A DNA stretch of 64,000 bases from Candidatus Dormiibacterota bacterium (lineage in GTDB: Bacteria > Chloroflexota > Dormibacteria > Aeolococcales > Aeolococcaceae). Both the position numbers and the translations under genes were made by a program. Every line of letters starts with the position of its first letter. The stretch's first letter is position 1. The notes below the pieces were generated by a model. The model did no database searches, was not told the origin of the DNA, and saw nothing but the letters and a program-made list of their open reading frames with translations. Shown piece after piece: positions 42,169 to 53,146 of the stretch. The stretch lies in contig CAVQVY010000027.1 of assembly GCA_963717185.1 (NCBI GenBank), positions 2,429-66,428 of the forward strand, in the 5' to 3' direction.

Positions 42169-42396
42169 GTGACGGACAGGCCGCGCAACTCGGCGCTCCG
42201 GGACGCCTTCGTCGGCATCCTGATGACGGTGGGACCCTTCTTCGGCGTTCGCTACCGGCCGCCGCGCGTGGAGATCCCGGTGGTGACCACCCCCGCCACC
42301 GAGAACGACGACGATCCACCCGGCACCACGACGTCCGCCCAGGCGACGCAACACACCGGCAGCCAGCACGCAGACGAGGACGGCATCGTCATCTGA
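42169..42396 (+). CDS. Small hypothetical protein, one hydrophobic segment, acidic tail
   Basis: 75-codon GTG-started ORF 8 nt after the sdhB stop (VTDRPRNSALRDAFVGILMTVGPFFGV...). No recognisable family. It could be non-coding. Confidence 0.25.
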   Translation: MTDRPRNSALRDAFVGILMTVGPFFGVRYRPPRVEIPVVTTPATENDDDPPGTTTSAQATQHTGSQHADEDGIVI

Positions 42397-42399
42397 GCC

Positions 42400-43653
42400 T
42401 CAGGCGGTGGCGTCCCTGGGCACGCCCGGCCCGGCCCGCGGCAGCCGCGCCCCGACCACCGCGGCGACGACGAGCGCGAACGGGGCCAGCGACCCTGCCG
42501 CCGCCGGCAGCGCCCCGGACGCGTCGACCGAGAGGCCCGCGGCGACCAGCGCCCACATGGCGAGCAGGGCCGCCGTCGCCGGCCCCGGCAGGGTGCGGTC
42601 GCGACCCCGGTCCGTGTCGATCGCCCGCACCGACATCCACGCGAAGACCGGCGCCAGCAGCGCGAGATCGTGGGGATAGAGGTGGGGCGCGCAGAGCAAC
42701 GAGAGCACGACCGCGACCGCGAGGGAGGACTCGAGGCTCCAATGCCCCGTTCCGCCGCGGCGGGACGCGACGGCCACTGCGGCCAAGACGGCGACGGTGA
42801 CGAGCACGGCCAGGAAGGTCGCCAACCCGCCGCCACCGGTCCACGCGCTGAACAGACCCGACACGCTCTCCTGGGCGTTGGGGAAGTCGGACCTGCCGCT
42901 GGCCAGGGCCGTCAGGAAGCCGCCGACGCCGCCGGTCCCCACCGCGGCGAGGCTGGCGATGAGCCCGGCCGCGGTCCCGGCGACAGCTCCCGCCACCAGC
43001 CGGCGGTCGCCCCAGAACAGGATCCACACCGCCACACCGATGAAGAGGTGGGGCTTGCCGGCCAGCGCCGCCATGGCCACCAGCGTCCCGGCGGCGAACA
43101 GGCGGTGGCGGCGCATCGCGGCGTAGGCGCACGCGAGGAGCAGCGCCGGCAGACCGACATCCTGGCCCTCGAGCAGCATCAGCAGCGTCGCCGGCAGGGC
43201 CAGCCCGATGCCGGCGGCGAGCGCGGTGACGCGCCGGCCGCCCAGCGCGCCCGGCGCCGACCGCGCTGCCACCACGACCGCAGCCAGCAGGCAGGCCAGC
43301 TGTGCAGCGCCCCACAACCGGAACGCCGTGTCGAGGTCGGCCAGGCTGAAGGGCGCCATCAGCACGGCGGCCAGCGGCGCGTGGATGTAGAAGAGGGTGC
43401 CGGGATGGATGCCCTGGGTCACCTGGGCATAGACCCGCGCCTGGAGCACCGGGTCGTACAGCTGCGCCGACTGCCCGCTGCGGACGATCACCCCGGCGAC
43501 CTGGAGCGGCACGAAGTCGCTCTGACCGATCTCCGCCGCCGACTTGACGATCCAGCGCACCACGAAGACCACGACGAGGACCGCGGCCGTGATGAGGAAC
43601 AGCAGCAGACGACGCGAGGAGCTGCCCGACACTGCCCCCGACGCCGCGGGCAC
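42400..43653 (-). CDS. Polytopic membrane protein, glycosyltransferase family 87 / DUF2029-like
   Basis: ~418 aa with more than 8 hydrophobic helices and an N-terminal loop SDFVPLQVAG..QLYD reminiscent of GT87/PimE-like enzymes. GTG 43653 lies 1 nt after the mdh stop codon. Confidence 0.5.
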   Translation of the reverse strand: MPAASGAVSGSSSRRLLLFLITAAVLVVVFVVRWIVKSAAEIGQSDFVPLQVAGVIVRSGQSAQLYDPVLQARVYAQVTQGIHPGTLFYIHAPLAAVLMAPFSLADLDTAFRLWGAAQLACLLAAVVVAARSAPGALGGRRVTALAAGIGLALPATLLMLLEGQDVGLPALLLACAYAAMRRHRLFAAGTLVAMAALAGKPHLFIGVAVWILFWGDRRLVAGAVAGTAAGLIASLAAVGTGGVGGFLTALASGRSDFPNAQESVSGLFSAWTGGGGLATFLAVLVTVAVLAAVAVASRRGGTGHWSLESSLAVAVVLSLLCAPHLYPHDLALLAPVFAWMSVRAIDTDRGRDRTLPGPATAALLAMWALVAAGLSVDASGALPAAAGSLAPFALVVAAVVGARLPRAGPGVPRDATA

Positions 43654-43654
43654 G

Positions 43655-45194
<1,540 letters not shown>

Positions 45195-45240
45195 TGCCCC
45201 GCCGTCGCCTCCCCCGGGAGCGCGGGCACGAGCGCTCGAG

Positions 45241-45924
45241 GTGGTCGAACGGCTGCGCGGCGAGTACCCGCAGGCCACCTGCGCGCTGGTCCACGAGTCG
45301 CCTCTCCAGCTCCTGGTCGCGACCATCCTCAGCGCCCAGACCACCGACGAGCGGGTCAACATGGTCACCCCGGTGCTCTTCACCCGCTACCCGAGCGCGC
45401 AGGCGCTCGCGGAGGCGAGCCAGGACGAGGTCGAGGAGCTGATCCGCTCCACCGGCTTCTTCCGGATGAAGGCGAGGGCCGTCCGCGAGATGGCCCAGGA
45501 CGTGGTGGCGCGGTTCGACGGCAGGGTGCCGGCGCGCATGGAGGACCTGGTCACCCTGCGCGGGGTGGGACGCAAGACGGCCAACGTGGTGCTGGGAGTG
45601 GCGTTCGGGCTGCCGGGGTTCCCGGTCGACACCCACGTGACCCGCCTGGTCGGGAAGCTCCGCCTGAGCACCGCCCGCGACCCGGTGCAGATCGAGAGCG
45701 ACGTCTGCTCCATGGTGCCGGCGGACGAGTGGACCGACCTCAGCCTGCGGCTGATCCTGCACGGGCGTCGGGTGTGCGTGGCCCGGTCGCCGCGATGCCC
45801 TCAGTGCGTGCTCAACGACGTCTGCCCATCGGCTGAGCTGGGGCCGCTGCGGCCACGACCGGCCAAGCGCGCGGCTCAGGCCACGGCGAGGACACGCCGG
45901 CTGCGGTCGCCGAGCCCGAGCTGA
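45241..45924 (+). CDS. nth: Endonuclease III
   Basis: LLVATILSAQTTDERVN, the HhH-GPD segment LRGVGRKTANVVLG, VDTHV, and the 4Fe-4S loop CVARSPRCPQCVLNDVCPS. A longer form starting at ATG 45194 (TGATG overlap with the upstream gene) needs one base restored in the C5/G3 run at 45211-45218. Confidence 0.85.
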   Translation: MVERLRGEYPQATCALVHESPLQLLVATILSAQTTDERVNMVTPVLFTRYPSAQALAEASQDEVEELIRSTGFFRMKARAVREMAQDVVARFDGRVPARMEDLVTLRGVGRKTANVVLGVAFGLPGFPVDTHVTRLVGKLRLSTARDPVQIESDVCSMVPADEWTDLSLRLILHGRRVCVARSPRCPQCVLNDVCPSAELGPLRPRPAKRAAQATARTRRLRSPSPS

Positions 45925-46361
45925 CGGAAGCCCGGGAAGGCACAGGCGCGCGGCCGGTGCACGGAGAGAACCAGCGCCTCCGTTCGCTCCAGCTCACGAC
46001 GGTCGATGCCGCATGCGCACGCCACCGCGTCGACACTGATGACCCGTTCGGTGTCGGCGCTGACCCGACCGGTCCACGCCGTGAATGACAGGGTGACCCG
46101 GGCGTAGACGAACGGCTCGGCGCGATGCTCGGGGATGCTCGTCTCGACGAGGCTGAGCGTGTGCCCGGCCGCCAGCTCGGCCATCAGCGTCTCGGCCACG
46201 CCGCCGAGCAGCTGGCGGGCGGCGATGACACCGGGTGCGTCGTGGTACACCAGCGCGGTGCGCCCGTCGGCGCGCACGTGCTGCACGGCGAGCGCGCTGA
46301 GACCGGTGTGGTGGTCGAAGAAGCTGACCGGGAGCGTGGCGAGCGGGGGGCCGACGTCCAT
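45876..46361 (-). CDS. Hypothetical protein
   Basis: ~161 aa from ATG 46361 (MDVGPPLATLPVSFFDHHTGLSALAVQHVRADG...). No family recognised. The 3' end overlaps the nth tail by ~49 nt. Confidence 0.35.
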   Translation of the reverse strand: MDVGPPLATLPVSFFDHHTGLSALAVQHVRADGRTALVYHDAPGVIAARQLLGGVAETLMAELAAGHTLSLVETSIPEHRAEPFVYARVTLSFTAWTGRVSADTERVISVDAVACACGIDRRELERTEALVLSVHRPRACAFPGFRQLGLGDRSRRVLAVA

Positions 46362-46446
46362 GCGCGGACAGGCTATGCGCAGCACGCGGACATCCGGCGG
46401 ACGGTGCCGCGGACCCCGGCACCCTGTGCGTCGTACAGTTCCCGCC

Positions 46447-48018
46447 ATGCAGGGCGCCCAGAAGTTGACGCCGCTCGACGCGTCGTTCCTCCACCTCGAG
46501 ACGCCGCGCACGCACATGCACATCGGTGGGGTGGCCATCTTCGAGCCGTCGCCACTGGGGACCGGCCGCGCCCTCTACGACGGCCTCGCCAAGGCGATCG
46601 CGCCGCGCCTCGACCTGATGCCGCGCTACCGCCAGAAGCTCGCGTTCGTGCCGCTCAGCCTCGACACGCCGGTGTGGGTCGACGACCCCGACTTCGACAT
46701 GGGCAACCACCTGCTCCGCGCCGCCCTGCCCAAGCCCGGCGGCGACGAGGAGCTGCAGGAGCTCATCGGGCGCGTCTTCTCGCGTCAGCTCGACCGCCGT
46801 CGCCCGCTCTGGGAGATCTACATCGTCGAGGGGTTGCGCAACGGCCGCTGGGCGCTGCTCACCAAGTCGCACCACGCCATGGTCGACGGCATCTCCAACC
46901 TCGAGCTGGCCACCATCCTGCTCGACGTCGAGCCCGAGCCGGGCAAGCAACCGTTCGGCGTCTCGCGCTGGGAGGCGCGGGAGTCGCCGAGCGGGATGGG
47001 CCTGCTCATCAACTCCCTCCGGGAGCGTGTCACGCGTCCGGCGCGGGTGCTGAGCGCAGCGCGCGCGGTTGCCGGTCAACCGGGGCGGCTGGCCAACGCA
47101 CTCAAGGACACCGCCAGCGGGCTGGCCTCGATGGCCGAGCACATGGGAGTGCCGAAGTCGCCCATCAACGGCAAGACGGGACCCGCCCGCGCCTTCGCGT
47201 ACAGCCGCTTCCCCCTCGAGGATTTCCGGCTCATCAAGAAGGCCTTCGGAGGCACCATCAACGACATCGTCCTCGCCGCCGTCGCCGGTGGGCTGCGTCA
47301 CTTCCTGGTGGCGCGCGGCGTCGACCCGGACGACGAGCGATCAGCGCTGCAGGCGCTGTGCCCAGTGAGCATCCGCGACACCAGCGAGCGCACCGCGCTC
47401 GGCAACCGGCTCGCGATGCTGCTGGTCAAGCTGCCCATCGCGGAGGCGGACCCGCAGCGTCGCATCGCCACCGTGCGCACCACCGTGGACGCATTGAAGG
47501 CGCGCAAGCAGGCGGTTGGCGCCGACTTCCTGCTCAACCTCGCCGGTTTCGCGCCGTCGACGCTGCACGCGATGGTGGCGCGAGCATCGCTCCGGCAGAT
47601 CGCGTTCAACCTGATCGTGACCAACGTGCCCGGGCCGCAGTTCCCGCTCTACTGCCAGGGCGCCAGGCTCGTCGAGGTCTTCCCGATCGCCTTCCTGTAC
47701 GACGGCCAACAGCTGGCCATCGCCATCTTCAGCTACGACGGGATGCTCAACTTCGGGTACCTCGTCGACGCGCAGGGCATCCCCGACCGCGACGTCTTCG
47801 CGGAGTGCGTCGAGGAGGGGCTGCGCGAGCTGGTCGAGGCCGCGCGGGCGGAGATCGGGGAGACCACTGAGCCGGCGCGCAGGCGCACCGCCCGCAAGAA
47901 GCCGGCGCCGGCGCCTGCGGCGAAGCGCGCACCCAAGCCGGCCACCGCGCGCAAGCGCAACGCGCGCAAGTCGACCACCGCTCGAAAGTCCCCGGGACGG
48001 CACCGCGGCGCTGCGTAA
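46447..48018 (+). CDS. Wax ester synthase / diacylglycerol acyltransferase (WS/DGAT) with basic C-terminal tail
   Basis: LTPLDASFLHLE N-terminus, catalytic HHAMVDG motif and NVPGPQFPLY motif. The last ~49 residues are Lys/Arg/Ala/Pro-rich. Confidence 0.85.
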   Translation: MQGAQKLTPLDASFLHLETPRTHMHIGGVAIFEPSPLGTGRALYDGLAKAIAPRLDLMPRYRQKLAFVPLSLDTPVWVDDPDFDMGNHLLRAALPKPGGDEELQELIGRVFSRQLDRRRPLWEIYIVEGLRNGRWALLTKSHHAMVDGISNLELATILLDVEPEPGKQPFGVSRWEARESPSGMGLLINSLRERVTRPARVLSAARAVAGQPGRLANALKDTASGLASMAEHMGVPKSPINGKTGPARAFAYSRFPLEDFRLIKKAFGGTINDIVLAAVAGGLRHFLVARGVDPDDERSALQALCPVSIRDTSERTALGNRLAMLLVKLPIAEADPQRRIATVRTTVDALKARKQAVGADFLLNLAGFAPSTLHAMVARASLRQIAFNLIVTNVPGPQFPLYCQGARLVEVFPIAFLYDGQQLAIAIFSYDGMLNFGYLVDAQGIPDRDVFAECVEEGLRELVEAARAEIGETTEPARRRTARKKPAPAPAAKRAPKPATARKRNARKSTTARKSPGRHRGAA

Positions 48019-48035
48019 ACGCAACGCCCAACAGG

Positions 48036-48347
48036 TCAGGCCGGGCTGGGTCCGCTAAGGCGCGCCGCCCAGGCGTGCGCCTGGTCGTCGGGGACCGGGC
48101 TGTGCCCGTCCATGGACACCGCGAGGCGCTGGGCCTCGACGCGGTCGAGCCGCAGCCGTCCGGCCTCGGCGTCGTCGATCAGGCCGGCGTCGATGCACAG
48201 GGTGAGGAACGGACCCAGCTGATCGGGGTCGAGCGGGTCGAGAAAGCGCATCTTGCGGATCAGGCGCTCGCGGTTGCTGGGCAGGTAGACACCGAGGTCC
48301 GCGAAGGCGAGCAGGACAGCGCGAGCGAGGTCGCGGAGTTCGTCCAT
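48036..48347 (-). CDS. Hypothetical protein
   Basis: ~103 aa from ATG 48347 (MDELRDLARAVLLAFADLGVYLPSNRERLIRKMRFLD...). It is the last gene of a co-oriented four-gene block. No family recognised. Confidence 0.35.
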   Translation of the reverse strand: MDELRDLARAVLLAFADLGVYLPSNRERLIRKMRFLDPLDPDQLGPFLTLCIDAGLIDDAEAGRLRLDRVEAQRLAVSMDGHSPVPDDQAHAWAARLSGPSPA

Positions 48348-48414
48348 GTGGTGGATGGTACGCAACCGGCGTGAAGACAACGCGAAAAATCGGCGACGAT
48401 TTCTCGTCGGTACG

Positions 48415-49425
48415 CTACCGTGCCAACTCGATGGCGGCCGCCAGGAGCGCCGCAGCTCCGAGGGTGTGGGACGTCGCCTGGGCGCGCCACGACGCGTCGT
48501 GCAGGTTGGAGATCACCTCCGCGTACATCGGTTGGTACAGCGCGTTCACCACCGCGCGGTCGCTCAACGACGCCACCGCACGGGGACGGCTGGCGACGCC
48601 GTCGTGCACGACGGTGAGCGCGGCGTCCGTCCACTCGATGTCCAGGCATTGGGAGGGTCGCTCGAGCCGGATGTCGTTGGTGCGATGACTGCCCGCATAG
48701 GAGACGTCGACGCGGGCAACGCCGGCGGCGCCGATGCGGACGTCGACCGAGGCCACCTCACGACCGCCGGGACCGGCGCGCTGACATGCCACGACGGTGC
48801 ATCCCTCGTCGAGCAGCTGGAACAGGGCCAGGTAGTGGACGGCGTGGTCACCGAGGATTCCGCCCTCGTGCTCCGGGTCGGTGCGCCAGCCTCCCGCGCT
48901 CAGCGGGTCGGTGCCGGGGCGCTCGACGGCGACGCGCAGCAGGAAGGGCTCGTCCCCGTCCACCGCGCCGGCGGCAGCCCGGGCGATCCATCTCCACGGC
49001 GCGGCGTAGCGGTACTGGTGGACGGTGGCCAGCGCGAGCTCGGGGTGTTGCGCGGCGAGGCGGCGCAGGACGGCGACGTCGCGGTCACTCAGCCCCAGCG
49101 GCTTCTCGCACAGGACGTGGACGCCGCGCTCGACCGCCGCGGCGATCTCCCCGAGGTGTGCGCTCGGCGGGGTGGCGATGACCAGCAGGTGAGGCGAGGT
49201 GGCGTCGAGCATCTCATCGTTCTCTGCGAAGCCGGTCGCATCGGGATGTCCGGCGGTCACCGCGTCGCGCCGGCCGCGGTCGGGGTCGCACACGCCGACC
49301 ACCTGCACGTGCCCGGCCACCTCGGCCGCACGCAGTGCGGGGAGGTGGGCACGGGTCGCCGCCGAGCCGATGCCGACCAGGGCGAGACGCAGCGCCTCGC
49401 CCTGGCGAGCGTCAGGCAAGGGCAC
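48415..49425 (-). CDS. Gfo/Idh/MocA-family NAD(P)-dependent oxidoreductase
   Basis: LRLALVGIGSAATRAHLPAL Rossmann N-terminus and HVLCEKPLG motif. The start overlaps the aminotransferase stop by 14 nt. Confidence 0.85.
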   Translation of the reverse strand: MPLPDARQGEALRLALVGIGSAATRAHLPALRAAEVAGHVQVVGVCDPDRGRRDAVTAGHPDATGFAENDEMLDATSPHLLVIATPPSAHLGEIAAAVERGVHVLCEKPLGLSDRDVAVLRRLAAQHPELALATVHQYRYAAPWRWIARAAAGAVDGDEPFLLRVAVERPGTDPLSAGGWRTDPEHEGGILGDHAVHYLALFQLLDEGCTVVACQRAGPGGREVASVDVRIGAAGVARVDVSYAGSHRTNDIRLERPSQCLDIEWTDAALTVVHDGVASRPRAVASLSDRAVVNALYQPMYAEVISNLHDASWRAQATSHTLGAAALLAAAIELAR

Positions 49426-50709
49426 GCCGCAGCGCCGCGATCGCCTCGTCTGCGCCGGCCTCGGTGAGGATGAGCGGGGGATTGAGGCGCACCTCGGGCA
49501 CGTCGCCGACGATGAGGATGCCCTCGTCGAGACAGCGACGGAACAGCGCCAGCGAGAGGTCGGGGCCGGCCAGCTCGCCGGTGCCCGGCTCGACGAGGTC
49601 GAAGCCCAGCATCATCCCGACACCCCGGTTGCGTGCGACATACGGGGACTCTCGCTCCAGCGCCGCGATGCCCTCGGCCAGGCGGGCAGCGGTGCGGTTG
49701 ACCTGGTCGAGGAACCCTGGGGCGGTGATCACCTCGAGGACCGCGCTGCCGGCGGCGCAGGCCAGGGGGTTGGCGCCGTAGCTGCTCGACGTCGCCGACG
49801 CCTGGGCGAAGAGGCTCGCGTCCCAGAGCGCCCCCGGCGCGGCCACCCCGCTGAGCGGGTAGCCACCGCCGATCGCCTTGCCGAGCACGAGGATGTCGGG
49901 GCGAAGCTCGAACCAGTCGACGGCGAAGTTGCGCCCGAGACGGCCGAAGCCCGTGATTGAACTCGTCGACGATGAGCAGCCAGCCGCGGCTGTCGCAGAG
50001 GGCGCGCAGGCCGGCCAGGAAGCCACGCTGCGGCGGCCGGTTGCCGGCGGTGCCGAGGACGGGCTCGACGATGACCGCCGCGACACCGTCGAGCTCGGAG
50101 GCGGCGGTGTCCAGGTCGGCGAGCGCGGCGGCGCCATCCTCGCGGCAGTCCGGGTAGCTGCGGGCGTCGTGCTGCTCGCACCGCGGGTAAGGGAGCGAGT
50201 GCACCCAGTCGACCCCGAGGCTGACCCGTTCCTCTGGGAAACGGCCGCCGCTGAACCGCACCCCGGTGGTCTTGCCGTGGAAGCCGCTGGAGAAGGAGAT
50301 GAGGTCGCGACGGCCGCTGACCGACTGGGCGAGGCGCACGGCCACCTCGACGGCCTCGGCGCCACCCGAGTACAGCGCGACCCTGTCGACGCCCGCGGGC
50401 AGCACGCCGGCGAAGTCTCTCCAGGTAGGCGGCGTGCTCGGGCGTGTGCAGGACGCAGGCGGCCAGCCGCCGGGCCTGCGTCGCCACCGCCTCGGACCAG
50501 ACCGGGTTGCCGTGGCCGATGGCGGCGACACCCATCGCGGTGGCGAAGTCGAGCAGCCGCTTGCCGGTGTCGGTCACCAGGTACGGACCCTCGCCGTGGG
50601 TGACCACCAGGCCGGCCGACTCGGCGATGCGGCGCGGACCTCCGCCACCGAGACGGCGAACCGTCTCAGCGACTGTGCTGGTCCGCGCGGTTCCCACTGT
50701 CGTGCTCAC
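49412..50709 (-). pseudogene. Class III (acetylornithine/GABA-type) PLP-dependent aminotransferase, frame broken twice
   Basis: Three segments in three frames: GPYLVTDTGKRLLDFATAMGVAAIGHGNP, then SGGAEAVEVAVRLA...SFSSGFHGKT, then IVDEF.TGFGRLG...LVLGKAIGGGYPLSG (PLP lysine). Breaks are at ~50416-50420 and 49957-49958. GTG 50709 overlaps the permease stop by 1 nt. Confidence 0.8.
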
Positions 50710-52899
50710 TAGATTGCCTCGATGTCGTCGCTGGCACGCCGCTCGCCGGGACGCCGGATGCGGCGAACGTGCGGCGCGTGCTGAAGGTGGTAGGGGATGT
50801 TGATGACCACCGTCCCCGGGCGGAAGAGAAGCTGTGCCTTGAGCCGCAGCGCGGTCTGGTTGTGGAGCAGCTGGTGCCACCAGCGCGTGGCCACCAGCTC
50901 CGGCAGGACGATGATGAGGGTGTCGTCGTTGCGCTGGCTGTCGATCGCGTCGATGTAGCGCAGCAGGGGCCGGACGAAGGTGCGGTATGGCGACTCGACA
51001 ATCTCCAGCGGCACGTGGTTGCCCCAGACCTCCCAGCGCGCGCGCATTCGGGCGATGTGGTCCTCGTCGTCGCAGACGTGGACGGCGATGACGTTGTCGC
51101 TGATGCTGCGCGCCATCGCCAGCGACTGCAGGGCCAGGCTGTTGAGGTCGGCGATCGGCACCAGGCAGACCAGCTTGAGCTGGTCCGGTGAGGTGGCGAT
51201 CTCCGTGGTGAGGTGGCTGCTCACCTCGAGGTAGTGGCGATGCACGGCGAAGCTCGCCGCCACCAGCACCGGCACGATGATGACGATGACCCCGGCGCCG
51301 TCGAAGAAGCGGGTGACCCCGTTGATGGCCAGCACCACGCCGGTGATGACGGTCCCGGTGGCGTTGATGAGCAGTCCCATCCGCCAGCCCTTCTCGCGCA
51401 GCCGTAACCAGCGCGACACCATGCCCGCCTGCGACATGGTGAACGCGGTGAAGACCCCGACCGCGTACAGCGGCAGCAGCCGGTTAACGTCTCCCTTGAA
51501 GCCCCACACCAGCAGGCCCGAGAGGACGGCGAGGACGATGATGCCGTTGCTGTAGGAGAGCCGGTCGCCGAGGCGCTTGAACTGGTGCGGCGCGAAGTCG
51601 TCGCGCGCCATGAAGAAGAGCAGGCGGGGGAAGTCGGAGAAGGCGGTGTTGCCGGCCAGGACCAGGATCGCGGTGGTGGACACGATCACGAAGAAGTAGA
51701 GCGGCCCGTTGTGGAAGGCGTAGGTCGCCACCTTGGAGATGATCGTCTGGTAGTGCGGGGAGGCTGGGTTGTCTGGCACGAGCCCGAGCCAGTACGTGAC
51801 CAGGCTGATGCCGACGAACATGGCGCCGAGGATGACCCCGAGCGTGGTCAGCGTGATGCGCGCGTTGACCCACTCCTTGGGCTTGAACGCCGGCACGCCG
51901 TCGCTGATCGCCTCGACCCCGGTCAGCGCGGTGGCGCCCGAGGCGAAGGCGCGCAGCAGCAGCAGGATGCCGAGCGTCTGGGTGATGCGCCGCGGGTCGA
52001 TGACCGGGGCGGTGTGCGGCACGTGGTGGGTGATGATCTGGACACCCGCGACGATGATCATCAGGAACATCGACAGGATGAACAGGTACGTCGGGGCTGC
52101 GAAGATGGAGCCGGAACTCACGGATGCCGCGCAGGTTGCCGAACAGCAGCAGCGCGATGAACGCGAGGCACAGGGGAACCCGGTAGGGGATGGCGCCGGG
52201 GGCGGCGCTGATGATGTTGTCGGTGCCGGCGGCGACCGACACCGCCACGGTCAGCGTGTACGACGTCATCAGGGCGCAGCCCGCGGTCAGCCCGGCGAGG
52301 TGCCCGAGGTTGTCGCTGGCGACGATGTACGAGCCGCCGCCCTTGGGATACGCCTTGATCGTCTGCCGGTAGCTGAGCACGACGATGGCCAGCAGCAGTG
52401 CGATCGCCGCGGTGATCGGCAGGATGAAGCCGTACGCGGTGGCCCCGGCGAACGCCAGGTAGTAGACGATCTGCTCGGGCGCGTACGCCACCGACGACAG
52501 TGCGTCCGACGACAGCACCGCGAGAGCCTTGATCTTGGTGAGGCGCTCGTGCGACTGCTGCTGCGTCGCCAGCGGGGTGCCCAGGATGACGTTGCGCAGG
52601 CGTCCGCGGAAGCGCGCGAAGTCGCCGGTCGGGGTGGTCGCGCGGCGGGTGACCTCGAGCCAGCCGGGCGCCTTGTGCTCGAACCCCTGGCTCTTCGAGC
52701 GCACCACGCGCACGTACCTCTCGCCCGGGCGGCCGCGCTGCTCGAGCAGCTCGAGGTCGGGGTCGATGGCCGCGTCGGCGGCCGGACGCGCCCGCGGAAC
52801 CCGGGACCACGCCTGGCCCGCCTCTCGGAGAACGGCCACCTCGTCCGCGTCGAGATCGACAATGGCGGAACCGGGCACGTCAGGCGTCGGTTCACTCAC
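50709..52899 (-). pseudogene. APC-superfamily permease with long cytoplasmic N- and C-terminal extensions, frame broken once
   Basis: ALAVLSSDALSSVAYAPEQI...YPKGGGSYIVASDNLG (N-terminal half, ORF 51484-52899). GSIFAAPTYLFIL... and a ~170-aa soluble C-terminal domain follow (ORF 50709-52121). The break is at the AA pair 52115-52116. Confidence 0.8.
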
Positions 52900-53146
52900 T
52901 CTTCGTCACAAAACTCCGTCCCAGAGTGTAGTCAGCGCCCCGCGAACGCGGATCGGGGGGCGTCGGGTACGATTCGCGCGTTCCGATGGTTTGCGAACTG
53001 GCCGAGTGATCGACACAACCGAGGCATCGTCCCCCGCCGCGGGCGGGGAGACGGACAGCCGCAGCGCACCCGCCAACGGGGGTGCCCACGCTGTTGCACC
53101 GACAGTCCGTCGCCGCGCGCCCGCGGGCGGCCCGGCGCCGGCGCAC

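Noticed and set aside
53031-53047. The GC-rich hairpin CCCCGCC-GCG-GGCGGGG as a rho-independent terminator.
   Set aside because: It has no T/U tract on either strand, and it lies between two divergently starting genes, so nothing is there to terminate.
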